DNA of 54,108 bases, filler included, from Bipalium vagum (Eukaryota): the NCBI GenBank assembly GCA_037834085.1. It is 3 parts of 3 records of this genome, joined end to end, with 100 filler letters (N's around TTAATTAATTAA, not from the genome) between each part and the next. Parts side by side here need not be neighbours in the genome. Positions count along the whole stretch, not along the records: positions 38,171 to 54,108 come from JBBMKC010136965.1; 2 more parts are not named here. One strand, given 5' to 3'. The translations under genes and the position numbers were made by a program. Of this stretch, positions 38,171-50,143 are shown piece by piece (within the stretch, counting starts at the first letter, position 1; each line of letters starts with the position of its first letter). The notes beneath the pieces are model-generated. The model saw only the letters and a program-made list of their open reading frames with translations, searched no databases and had not been told where the DNA came from.

Positions 38171-39061
38171 TTATCTGTAATTTTATTTTGCTTTTTTAAT
38201 TTATTTAAAATTTTTAAAATTAAATGATCAAGATTATCATGTCCTGCCTTTTTAGCTGTTAAATATTTGCTTAATGTAACAAACTGATCATAAGTAATTT
38301 TTGGTTTATAAATTCTATAACCTTCACCTGATTTTTCTATTTCATCAAGTTGACTTATTCGGTTTCTAATATTTTTAACATAATTTGAGTAATTGCTCCT
38401 TTAACATAGTTTTTTAGATATACATAATTACTCAAATCTTTTAAACTATAATCTCTTTTCCACTTATTATTAAAAATTTTACTATAATCTTCACCTTCAA
38501 TTAATGATTTTAAACCTTCTGATAGTCGTTCTGACATTGGTTCATTTTGTTTTTTAAAATTAATTTCATTACCAATTGTAAATAACTCAAAAGACATTTT
38601 ATTTATTGTTAAAGTATTATTTTTTATTGAAGGTAATAATGTTGGTGGTAATTCTTGATTAATACAAAAATAGTTTACAAAATTAAAATCTTCATATTGT
38701 GTTGGTTGATCATTTTTTTTATTAAAAATATTATCAGTTGTTTCATCAATTAAATTCTCAGTTTTAATTTTCTCTCTTTTTTCACGTTTTTCCAATAGTT
38801 TTTTATTAGCATTTTCTAAATCTTTTATTTTTTCAGAAGTTTTAGTTTCAATAACTTTGTTCTCATCTTTCATATCAGCTTGTCTAGGCTTATCGATTGC
38901 ATCAGTAACAGGTTTATGAAAATTTTTTAAATCTCGTTGTATTCTATTTTGTAATTTCCACTGATTAATTATTTTATTATTATATTCATTTTCTACTACT
39001 ATTAATTTTTTAATATTTCAATTTCATTTTTACTATCAATTAAATTTTGTTTTGGATCCAT
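38171..39061 (-). pseudogene. Polinton-type conserved accessory protein, frameshifted
   Basis: QRDLKNFHKPVTDAI (F/xKP[IV]T motif), LSEGLKSLI..YSLKDLSNY ([TS]xGLxxLI..YxxxDLxxY) and, after a frameshift, KSGEG..LTAKKAGHDN..ILKILNKLKKQNKI (AG[NH]..I..IL..L). These motifs are recalled from Maverick ORFs. Confidence 0.55.
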
Positions 39062-39149
39062 TTTTTTAAAAAATAAATTAAAAATAAAAAAGTATAAAAA
39101 ATCAAAAATAAAAAATAATAAAATTATTATTTTTATTTTAAAAAAAGGA

Positions 39150-39827
39150 ATAATCAAGAATATTTTCAAAAATGTTATAATAATTATGATCCTGAACTTT
39201 CATCGATAAATAATGTAAAAGTTATAAGAAATTCTATATTTATAAATGTTTTACCCGAAATTTATGAACCACTTGATTCTTCAATTGATCTAACAAAATT
39301 GAATTTTATTGGAAATTTATATTATGAAGTAAGAGAAAATTTCAAATTTCAAATGGTAAATAATTTTTTTTCATTTGAAACATTTATTTCATTGTATAAT
39401 TATTTTAATGTAAATACAAATGAATGTATTTATTCTTTAATTAGAAATTTATATTTTGAAGAATTAGAAAATGTTACACAACAACAAAATAAAATTTTAC
39501 AAGAAAATTTATATAAAAAAAGAAGATCAAAAGGATAGAAAAATTGTAATAAATGTAATATGCTTACAAATCCAAATAATTTTTATAAAGGAAGAAATTA
39601 TTGTAAAGCATGTCATAATAATATTTGTGTTCAACTGAAAAACAGTGAAACATATCAACCATTTGTTACATGTGATATTATAACTAACTCAGTTATGAAT
39701 ACTTATTTTAAACAATGTAATTATTGTATGGAATCATTTTCATTATCTAATTTTGAAGCTTAAAGAAAGAAATGTAAATTTTGTAGAAATAATGATAAAA
39801 GAAAAAATAGAAATAATGAAAAATAAA
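39150..39827 (+). pseudogene. Virus-like ORF with repeated CxxC zinc ribbons, disrupted
   Basis: KNCNKCN..NFYKGRNYCKACH and KQCNYC..FEA*RKKCKFCR; spans track ORFs 39299-39538 and 39560-39763. Confidence 0.5.
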
Positions 39828-41199
39828 TTTTAAAATTGTGGTGGGATAAATATATATTTTTTCATCAACATAAAATCTTTACAAATAAAGAATTTACAAA
39901 AAGTATCAATTACAGAAATTGAGTTTTCAATTATTATTTCTTCTAAAAATTCTATATTATCTTAAATATTTTCAATTGTTAAATTTTCTAAATTTTCAGT
40001 AATAAGTTTAAAATATGATATTATGTTTATTTTGTCAGCACCAATCAACTCAAATTCAAAGCCGCAAAGGAGCCGGAGCTGCTACAGCAAGAGCAAAAGC
40101 TTATGGGGTATGATTCTCCAAAGCTCATAATTGACAATTAATAAACATTTTGATTTTGAAAATTTGCGTGAAAAAGCCTTTTTAGGCTTACTTTCTGTTA
40201 TATTTTGACTCTTTCATGTGTTATTTTATATTTTATAAAAAATAAAAATATTTAAACTATATATTCGTTTTTAAATTAATATAAATAAATAAAATAATAA
40301 TAATATAAATTGTGGGTTAAAGTTAATTTAAACTTAACCCACAAAATTGGTAAAAATAATTATAATGAGTAATAATGAATATGTAAAATAAAACTTCTTA
40401 AAAATACATTAATATGAAAAAATATTAATATGAGGGAGGCTATATTTAGTAAGTTCTATAATATAAGAAATTTCCTAAAATAGAAAAAAACCCCATATTA
40501 TTCTATTAATGGAAAATTTTATTTTCCACCAATCAAGAGATCAGGAATGTGAAAATCAGTAGTATATAAGCTCTTGGTTTTATCATTCAAATCCCAATTA
40601 ACATCGCTCCAACAAGTTAAGCTGGTAAAAGGTAATAAATACGTTTCGGCTATTTAAATCCTACATCGATCTCTTTTGAGATAATTCTAAATAATTAAAT
40701 AATCATTAACGTATTCAGAGCAAATACTCTGCAATAAGTTTTTTTATTATATTCTCTCGTTTCTGTTTTTTGTTTTCTTTTCAATTCAATTCTAGGCGAT
40801 AAAAGACGTATTTTAAACATCACGGCTTCTTCGGTTATCATAATACCAAGAAGATTTTAATTAATTAATATTATAATTGTGATAAGATAGATTTGTATTT
40901 GTTTTACAAAATATATTTTTGTAACAAAAATTCGTGTCATCTTAGTTGATTTAATTAGACTCAGCTCCTATCTTAGAACACCTATTTGTTACACTAACTT
41001 TGACCTAGTTGACCCATTAGATCTCGCAGTAAGCGTCGAACCAAAACCTTACAATTTGTATTTTAAAATATATTTTTCTTTCTGAATCATAAGTAATTGC
41101 CTAATTCATTTCATGATAACCAGCTGTTTCTTGTGTTGCATCAAAATGAAAAAATAAATATTACTTTGTTAAAATTTTCCTTCTTTATTTTTAATATAA

Positions 41200-41460
41200 C
41201 ATTTGTAATTATTGAATGGAGGTTTTTATTGTTTATTAAGAATTGGACAATTCTTATAACCACATTTGTGTTGATATGATTTAATATGATTTATTCTTCA
41301 TTACAAATATCACAAACGTTTTTATTTCTATAAGATTTACAATTAGTTGTTTTACATGTATTTTGAAATCCTATTAAACAATCATGACAATATTTTCTTG
41401 ATTTTAAAAAGGCTGCTATTTTTATAATTGAAATAAAATGATGATTCGGTTAAAATTCCG
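41200..41460 (-). pseudogene. Fragment resembling the Cys-rich N-terminus of Polinton protein-primed DNA polymerase B
   Basis: NHHFISIIKIAAFLKSRKYCHDCLIGF...CDIC...HKCGYKNCP resembles HF.VI....AF....YC..C..G[FY]...H.CG...C. Confidence 0.5.
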
Positions 41461-41799
41461 TTCTAAAACCCCCAGGGTCACTTTTGTTTATCTATTCTAA
41501 ATAGATAATTATGTAACTAAGGAATAATTTTAAATAATTTACGAAAATTTAGTAAAATTAAGTAAATTTAGGATAAATACGTAAAATTACAATAAAATAT
41601 ATGTTTGATAAAATCTATGAAGTAAATATTTGTAAATTTTATTAATAAAGTGCAGTGATTTTAAATAACTAAAATTAAATATACAAATTAACATTAATTT
41701 GTTGTTCATAAAAGAAATCAATGATTATTTCAATGTTTCAATATCATCTAGTTAATTCAGTTACGGTTAGTTTACACTAAAAATTAATTAAACACTAAA

Positions 41800-42780
41800 T
41801 TAATTGTTCCAACAGTTAATGTTTTAGATTCTTTGCTATTTAATATAATGGTTTTTAGATCTTATTTAATTGATGGAAATGAAACAAACATAAAATTCGT
41901 AAATACCTGTTTAGAAAATTGAAAATTTTGAAATGTTTTTCTGGGAATCTGTTCTTTACTATAAACATCTTCAGTATCATTCAATAATGAATTAACACAC
42001 TATTCCTTTTCTTTACTTTATTGTCAACAATCTCCTCACTACTTGGACTGAGATCGGTTTCCATATTAAATCTCGTGACCTTCATCACATATGATATTGA
42101 CATCAAATATTTTCTGAGATATTTTAGTTTTCCCAATAAGTCCTCAGTAATCACTTGTTTCAAGTTCTCTATATATTTGGCAAGTAAATTTTTTGAATAA
42201 CAAACTTTTGACTTTACCATGGTCTTCATCGTCTTCATCACGACTATAAAGAGAAAAGAAGTAATTATGAGTCACTTTAAATCCAAAAATTAATTAGCGA
42301 TTATTAATATTTCTTTTTACAGAATTATTGTTATTGTCATCATTGTTTTTTTGCATATTTATTTTAGTAAGATATTTTTCACTTGAGATAAAATCAAGCA
42401 CTCATGATAATATTAGTATTGCAGGGGGAACTAAAAAAGTATTTATTTTGTAACATTCTTTCGTTTGATTGACATAGGGAAATTTCTATTTGGAAAACAT
42501 CGAAGACTTTCTTTTTAGATAACGTTAGAAAAATTCTAATGGAAAACAAGGGTACAAAATTATTTAGAGCAATAAATAGCAACCAAAAGCTTCTTTTTCC
42601 AATTATATTCTTTCATGACAGAATTTTTAATTGTTTTTATCAAGCTTGTTTGAAGGATTCAAGTGCAAACATAATGATCCATTGCTTACGCATTGGTAAA
42701 TATCTTCCTGGTTATATATTTATTAATATTACACGTAACCTCATGTTTTTAAAAAAACATCTTGGACTCATCATTTAATT
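41800..42780 (-). CDS. Exons of an unidentified spliced gene
   Basis: Polypyrimidine-TAG acceptor near 42245; 49-nt and 48-nt GT-AG introns give RDEDDEDHENLKQVITEDLLGKLKYLRKYL...DNKMFIVKNRFPEKHFKIFNFLN. Confidence 0.45.
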
Positions 42781-43133
42781 ATTTTTTTATTATTGTTTTT
42801 TTATTTGTATTATTTGATTATTGGAACATTATTGACTGATTTGAACCTAGGTAATTATAGCAAATACTTATAAAATCAACAAAGTTATTAATATATTTAA
42901 AATCATCTCATTGATGGTCATTTGATTGGACAAATTGAATTATTAAAGAAACTACTCATATAACTAGATATCGAGTCAGATTTAAGCGCTTGTTCATATT
43001 GAAATATAATTTCTTTATTTACCATTTTTAAACTCAAAATTTGGAAAATCTTTTTTTTAAAAAATAATAAAAATTGTTGTATTAAGAAAAATGTATTTAA
43101 AAAAATATTTATTTCTAATTTTTTACAAATTTT

Positions 43134-43940
43134 TTAATCACTATTGAAATAATCATCATTTATTATGTCAAAGAAGCCGATTCTGTCTTCAGCAGAGAAC
43201 TGTGTACATTTTAAAATTAATGATGCAGCATCTTTTGGACAATTTTCCATCTTTAAAAAAGCGCCTTTTTTATTGTCTTCTTTTTTTTCGTAAACATTTG
43301 CTTTTTCCAAACAAACGTACATTAGGCAACCGAAAGTGTAAACTAAGCTTGGTATAATTTTAACAGGATTTTTATCATTCGATTCCGGGCTTTTGTAGAT
43401 TAGAGTCCCAATTCCATTCAATATTTCCTCGGGATCATTTGATAAATCATAAACCATGTCTTCATAATCAATAAGCTTTATTTCCAAAGTCTCTTTATTT
43501 ACCATTATATTTTCCGGCTTGATATCCAAGTGATAATACCCGGCCTCTACCAATTCATACATGCCCAGCAGGACCTGTCTTAAAATATCCATCATGGATT
43601 CATTATCGTCTACTATTTCATTATAATCATAAAGATCCATCCAATCCCCATCCAAGAACTCAATGACAACTGTGAACCAGTTTTCATTTTCGTGAAAGTT
43701 TTTCAATTTTGGAACGAAATCAAAGTCACACAACCATTCTAAGAAATACAATTCCTTTGGAAAAACGCAGTCCGTGTCTTCGTCTCTAACAAATCTTCTG
43801 CCTTTGTTAGTTTTTAAAAATGTCTTTAGTAAAACCTTTTCCGAATTTTCATCAAAGGCTTGATAAATGCACTTTGACTTGCCAGATTGAATCAGTGTGA
43901 AATTATTATAAAACCTAGAGAGCTCAATTGGATATTCCAT
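43134..43940 (-). CDS. Intronless Ser/Thr protein kinase, PIM-like, 268 aa
   Basis: VLLK (catalytic Lys), PKE (helix C), MDLYDY, HLDIKPENI catalytic loop, LIDYE (DFG position), GTLIYKSPE, terminal DRI; intact ORF. Confidence 0.88.
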   Translation of the reverse strand: MEYPIELSRFYNNFTLIQSGKSKCIYQAFDENSEKVLLKTFLKTNKGRRFVRDEDTDCVFPKELYFLEWLCDFDFVPKLKNFHENENWFTVVIEFLDGDWMDLYDYNEIVDDNESMMDILRQVLLGMYELVEAGYYHLDIKPENIMVNKETLEIKLIDYEDMVYDLSNDPEEILNGIGTLIYKSPESNDKNPVKIIPSLVYTFGCLMYVCLEKANVYEKKEDNKKGAFLKMENCPKDAASLILKCTQFSAEDRIGFFDIINDDYFNSD

Positions 43941-44025
43941 TTATTTTATATATTTTTTATTTTATCCTTTCGTAAATTTAATTATTTAAACAAAAAAATA
44001 ATAAATTAAATTAAATTAAATTTGA

Positions 44026-44208
44026 TTAGTTCAAATTAATTTGTAAAATGATTTTTAAAATATTTTTGTCAAAAATATTTTTAATTTGATATTTTAAATT
44101 GATTTTAATATTCATTGGTTTAAAATGACTTATAAAAGTATCTAAAGTACCATCAAATTTTTTCATTAAAATATATTCATAATGTTTTAAAAAATATTTA
44201 TGGTTCAT
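44026..44208 (-). pseudogene. Possible second kinase fragment (hinge region)
   Basis: YILMKKFDGTLDTFI resembles kinase subdomain V (YIxME..DGTL); the rest is very AT-rich and unrecognisable. Confidence 0.3.
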
Positions 44209-44457
44209 ATTTTATTTAATATTATTTTATTTAAATATTTATTGGTTTAAAATTATATTTAAAATGCAGTTTAAAACAGTTAATATTTTTTAATAAAATA
44301 TTTTTAACTCATTTCTTAACATATATTTTTATATAATAATAATATATTATTTTAGAATATTTTTAATTCAATTTTTATAAAAATTAAAAATTTTGAAAAC
44401 TTAATTTTTTTAATCTAAAATTAAAATTTATTTTCAATATTTTTAGAAATATATATA

Positions 44458-44676
44458 CAGTCCCCACCAAAAGTAAAAAAGCTTAGTTTATCTTTTAGTT
44501 ATTTATTCTTTAGATATTTATTTTTTTATTGATAAATTTTGATTAATGATTGTGAACTTATTTCTAATGTCGTTAACGTCCTTTACATTTGTACTTAATA
44601 AATATTAATGACTAGAATCATATAAATGGTTTTTTCTAGAATTTTAAGAGTGGCCAAAGACTTTTGACGGGGATTG
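44458..44676. mobile_element. Tc1-like MITE (219 bp)
   Basis: TIRs CAGTCCCCACCAAAAGT and reverse complement CAATCCCCGTCAAAAGT (14/17), flanked by TA on both sides within TA runs; non-coding interior. Confidence 0.75.
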
Positions 44677-44994
44677 TATATATATAAATCACATCAAATC
44701 AATTTTAATTTTGGTCTTTAAAATTTTTTCATTTTCTGCAACTAACATAATGCCTGCACAGAACCTTCACTGTTTTAGGCTGATAAATTGATCGAACAAA
44801 CTTGTTAAGTCTCAATGAAAAAAAATTCTCTAATTTTCTTTTAAAATGATATGAATAAGTGATAATCAGATGGTAGGGGCGAACTAAGACCGCAACATAT
44901 ATTTGTGAAACTTTAGAACAGTTTGGAAAAGTTTTAGATTATTTTTAGATTGATTATGCTCAAAATGTTCTTAATAAATTTTTAATTTTGGCAG

Positions 44995-45400
44995 TTCTTT
45001 CTCAGATGGAGAGGCAATCACGGAAACTTTGGACAAAGTAGGTTCAATATTATTTCCGGCGGTACACGAAGTGCTGCAAATTTCAGCCTGTTCAGAAACA
45101 CGGGTACCAGAAGGATCACATATAACCACACCATCGCTCAAGAACTACAGTACATGTCAAGTTTAAAAGATATCCTCGATTTGTTTCATAGAGTGAAAGA
45201 TTTCATGAAATTTCAATGTTACATTGTTTACGGACTAATGATAAACTGGGCATTAGCCATGTTGGGACAGTATGTTCGTCTCCAGACTTTCATAAAAAGA
45301 GAAATTCTAAAGAAAACTCACACCATATTCTTCTCATTCTATTGAATCATCCATCAAGAAAGGTTTTGGGAAACAATGTAGATAAACAGTGTTAAGAGCG
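44995..45400. CDS. Exon-like island, strand unresolved
   Basis: GC-richer, long open frames on both strands, candidate splice sites on both strands. Confidence 0.3.
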
Positions 45401-47099
45401 AAAATTTTATTTGGACAAGTAATAAAATAATTCCTATTTTCTTTTGCTATGATTGTAAAAAATGTTTTTCAAAAAGTATCTTAATAAAATATACACAGTT
45501 CAAAAAACACTTCAAAGAAATCGATAATAAAAATTCCCAAAACATAAATGTGAAATATTTTATTTGTTTTTTTTGAATAAAAAAATCATTAAATGTTTAA
45601 TCTGTAAAGATAATTTTGATTTTAATTGATAAAAATAGCAAAAAAATTAATCAATATAATAGGAAAATATTTCGCAATTTTGGAAAAAGGGGAGAAATGC
45701 AGGTGGTCAACATGTCTAAGAGAAATAAGAAGGAATAGAAACAATCAAAATGTAGAAATAGTTTCAGATGATAAAAAATTCAATTATGTGCTTCTAAATG
45801 AATATTTGAGAAAAGTAAAATGTTTTCTGAAGGTTTAGCAGCTTGTCATATGAACAGATCTACAAAAATATTTGATAAATTTAATTATGTAGGCTTTATT
45901 GCATTCGAATATTCTAAGAGACACGGAATCTGTATTTGTAGAGATAATTCTAGATAATAATGAAACTATTGAAGATATGGAATATAAATTAAATATTTTA
46001 TAAACCACGATGTATTATTTTAAATTAAAGATGAAATGTCTAATCAAATTTTCATTGAATTTTATGCCATAAAATCTATACTATAGATTTATAGTTATTT
46101 AAAATATATTTAATATTAAACCTTTATTAATTGCACTAATAAAACTTTAATAATGGTCAAATGATTTCATCAATGTAGCACGCCAAATTCAAGCAAGGCA
46201 AATAAAAATAATTTAATAATACAAAAATCAATTGTAAATTAAATTAATAACAAATCAATACCCTCACAATATTACATGAAAAAAATCAATAAGAAAATAA
46301 ATTCAAACGATTCTTAAGATCTGAACATGTCAGATTAGGTCCCTTGACACTCTTCCCGGTTTCTCGATTTACGTAACAGTTACATAACCCGATCATTTTA
46401 CCACCTGACGTCTGACAACATTATTTGTGGCTCCATTCTATCGTGAGATTTTTTTCCATTTTTATATTTATTTTATATTTAATCTAAATGAAGCTTATTA
46501 TCGTTGTAAAAATCTTTGAAATTCTAAATCATGAGTTTTGTTTTTGTTTACTCTTGAGGTTGACGGACAATTTATTTTTTTCCTTTTTTCATGCTCAATG
46601 TTCTTGGAAAATAAAAGGTAACGCAAATTAAACAAAGATAATTTTACTTAATAACACCATTAAAGAAAAAAAGAAAATTATCTGTTCGAACGACAGCTTC
46701 ATCCTTTAGTGAATGAATGCTTTCTAAAATGCACCTTGTTCTGGTTAATTTTCGTGGAATCCATAGCCATCATTCTGCTGACTTCTTCAAGGACCGGCTG
46801 CAGTGTAGGTTGTACTGATTCCATAGAATTAGACACTTCAGTTTATGCTAATTGTGTTTACATCATAGCAAATGAGCCATGAAATGGATGATGTGACCGA
46901 TACGGTTGGAATAGTTTGGTAAATAGTTTCATTTGTGAAGATAAGTGCTACTCACATTTTAAGAGCCATAATTATCATAATTTCAGCATTACTGAATTAG
47001 TTTTTGAAATAAAATAATTTTTATTAAATTGTTTTAATCAATGATAATGTATTGTCTTATATTAATTTTCACTTTGCCATTCGTTTATCATGTAATCTG

Positions 47100-47650
47100 T
47101 AATTTATGAAGTAATCGATTTACAAAAAAAATGTTTCAGGTGGGATTCACGCAAATGAGAAGAAATAAGACAGACCAAATTCAATAATAGACCGAAAAAA
47201 CAAGATATGTATTGTTAAAATATGTTTTGAAAATTCCACAAATAAGTTCTCTCAAATTCCAGAGTACATCCCTTCAATTTAAAGAACTATTGTTTCATCA
47301 AAACTATTAAAAATCAGTCACATAAAGCANNNNNNNNNNNNNNNNNNNNNNNNNNNNNNNNNNNNNNNNNNNNNNNNNNNNNNNNNNNNNNNNNNNNNNN
47401 NNNNNNNNNNNNNNNNNNNNNNNNNNNNNCAAATTCCAGAGTACATCCCTTCAATTTAAAGAACTATTGTTTCATCAAAACTATTAAAAATCAGTCACAT
47501 AAAGCAAGTCATAAAACTCGACTCCCTACAATAGAACCTATAATTACTGAAATAAATCGACAAAAAGACTTGACTTTGCTAAAGCTCATATTGATAAACC
47601 TTTAGAATTCTTGTGTAATGTTCTATTTACTGATGAAAAACATATGGTGT
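47100..47650 (+). mobile_element. Tc1 transposase fragment spanning a gap
   Basis: EPIITEINRQKRLDFAKAHIDKPLEFLCNVLFTDEK. Confidence 0.8.
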
Positions 47651-47757
47651 CTCACTAATTTATATAAAACTTTGTCAGCTTCTATAAATTGTCATTTTTT
47701 CTCAAATACCCAAAAAACTTTCAGTAAACAGAAGGAAGTAATAAGATTTTAAATATA

Positions 47758-49198
47758 CAATCAACCTTCAAAAATCCAAACACTTCATAGATCTGAAAAA
47801 TTTTATTTATTTCCTGAATTTTTGAACGGTTACCGAAAAAATTGATTCATTAATTCGACACTTCAGGTCCGCAATCGGAAAACTCTTTTTTGAATTAAAT
47901 TTCTAATAATTTTTAGAAGTTTCAGATTAATGTTATTTAAATATGAAGCCTGTTTATAATTTTAATTTATTTAAATTTAATATCCATATGGACAGAAAAA
48001 GAACAGAAATTACTATTCATCAAAAGGTAAAAATTTGTGCAATAAAGGAGTCAAGGAAAAATTCGCTGAGTGAATTGTCACAACTTATCAGAAGAGAATT
48101 AAACCTGGACCTCAGAATTTCTACGTTATGGGAAATTTGAAAAATAAAAAGAAATGGGAAAATTTTGAAAGCTCAAACACTTTCTCGAGCCAAACTCTGA
48201 AAATTCATTCTCTGCTTGAGAATTCATTGATGTAATGAATATCTCTAATGTATGCGATAAATGGTTACGTGACTAATGAAATTATCATTACAAAAGCAAA
48301 GTAATTTGGACAAAAACTAAATGTTGATGACTTGCAATTCGTCAGAGGATAGCTCTATAGATTCAAAAATCGATTGAACCTGAAATTAAAAGTTCAGAAG
48401 AAATTGAAAATGGAGATGTAAATTCAATGAATGATGTTAATGCTTCATCCAATAGAAAAAAACTGGTTAAAACATTGGCAGGAATGGATCCAAATTTTAT
48501 ACTTATTATGGTTGAAACGGAACTTTTTTCAAGTATTTCCTACAAAAGCGATTTCATCAAGTGAAAAAATCTGAATAAAACAATCTAAAGTTATAATAGC
48601 CATAGTTTCATGTTCAAATAATAGTGGAACAAGTAAAACATTTTTCGTTATTGGACATTGCAAGAAACCAAGATGTTTTAAAGGATTTAATGTTGCAAGA
48701 TANNNNNNNNNNNNNNNNNNNNNNNNNNNNNNNNNNNNNNNNNNNNNNNNNNNNNNNNNNNNNNNNNNNNNNNNNNNNNNNNNNNNNNNNNNNNNNNNNN
48801 NNGGAACAAGTAAAACATTTTTCGTTATTGGACATTGCAAGAAACCAAGATGTTTTAAAGGATTTAATGTTGCAAGATACTGTAATTACCACGCAAATTT
48901 GAAAGCATAGATGACAACCGATTTGTTTAATTTTTTTATGCAGCATCTTGATGATGAACTGAGAAAATTCAAAAAGATATATTATCTGCTTCTTAATAAC
49001 GCTCCAAGTCATAGTCTGAAGAAATTTTTTCAGAGCAGTGAAGTTATAATGCTTCCAAAGAACTCAACTGCAGATCTTCACACCATGGACGTAGATATAA
49101 TAAAAAATTTAAAACTTTATTACAGAAAAAAAGCACTGCGAGACGACAACTCCTAAACCAATTCTGAGACGAACTCAATTATTTCAGGCAAGTAGATA
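47758..49198 (+). mobile_element. Decayed pogo/Tigger transposon
   Basis: TA-CAATCAACCTTC terminus; MDRKRTEITIHQKVKI (psq HTH), G*LYRFKNR (CENP-B HTH), IGHCKKPRCFK, MTTDLF, LLLNNAPSH, LPKNSTADLHTMDVDIIKNLKLYYRK (DDE_1). Confidence 0.88.
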
Positions 49199-49634
49199 TG
49201 ACGACGCAGAAGGCTTTAACAAGTGAACCCAGAGAGCTTGGGAACCCCTAGGTGACCTGAGAAGGACCTAGAGGGTGATCCGGAGACCCCCTGTCGCTCT
49301 TAAAAGAGACCGTTTTATTTTACTCTTGAATCTTTTTTTTACTCTTTTCTTTTATTGGAACAGTAGTAGTATTTATTTTTTATTTTATCATTATTCTTGG
49401 TGACATTTTTATTTATTGGACTCATTAATTATTGGGTGATTTATAGAAGTGGTTTGTAGTTGTGATTATTATTTTCCCTGTGTGATTGTGTTTTATCTAA
49501 ATAAAGTTTTATGATAGAAGTTTTGATTCAGTTCTTAAGGAGCGGTGTTTTGATTCGAATAAGGTTTGAAAAAGGAACGAACATAAAATTTTTATAGAAG
49601 TGAGGAGTCACGAGCACACGATTACACGTTACTA
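49199..49634 (+). mobile_element. Possible solo LTR truncating the pogo element
   Basis: Abrupt switch at TG to GC-rich U3-like sequence, TATA-like CTTAAAAG, T-rich tract, AATAAA near 49500, end near CGTTAC; no clear target-site duplication. Confidence 0.4.
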
Positions 49635-50143
49635 TGTCTTAGTATAACAGTAACAATTTTATTAAAATTTTTCTTTGTAAATAATTTATTCTCAACTGAT
49701 TTTTATCTTTTGAATTATCAAATATTTATCCCTAAAATAATTTTTCATTTTGAGCTCATCATTATACGATATGATGTACCTTATTTTTTGTAAAATAAAT
49801 TTTCGTTTAAATATTAGTCATTTTTATATTTATAATACTAGATATGCACTCAAAAAGTAATGGATTATGACAGAACATAAATATTTTTATATATTCAAAT
49901 GCTGAAATAGAAATAAAGATTACACTATTTAATTTAAAAAAATTTTTTTATTTATATTTTTCTGTATGAAGTTAAAAATATGTTTTAAATGAAAGTTATC
50001 AAAAAAAATTATATCTATTTAAATATTAAAACTAAAACAATTATTCATTTTGTTTTAGTACATAAAAACGATATTACCAAATATCTAATTAATTGAAATT
50101 CTTAAATTTATATTAAGAATTTTGTACCTCTGATTTGAAAAAC

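Larger units (their letters stand above)
38171..41460. mobile_element. Polinton/Maverick-like (endogenous virus) remnant
   Basis: Extremely AT-rich block of intronless, frameshifted ORFs with Polinton-type motifs (see the three component features); left end lost in an assembly gap. Confidence 0.55.

Noticed and set aside
47253-47506. 77-bp direct repeat flanking a gap
   Set aside because: Exactly 77 nt on each side of a 100-N gap, as at 48626-48879; this is an assembler k-mer overlap artefact.
48626-48879. 77-bp direct repeat and X-containing ORFs in the pogo element
   Set aside because: Same gap artefact; the real transposase frame is IGHCKKPRCFK.
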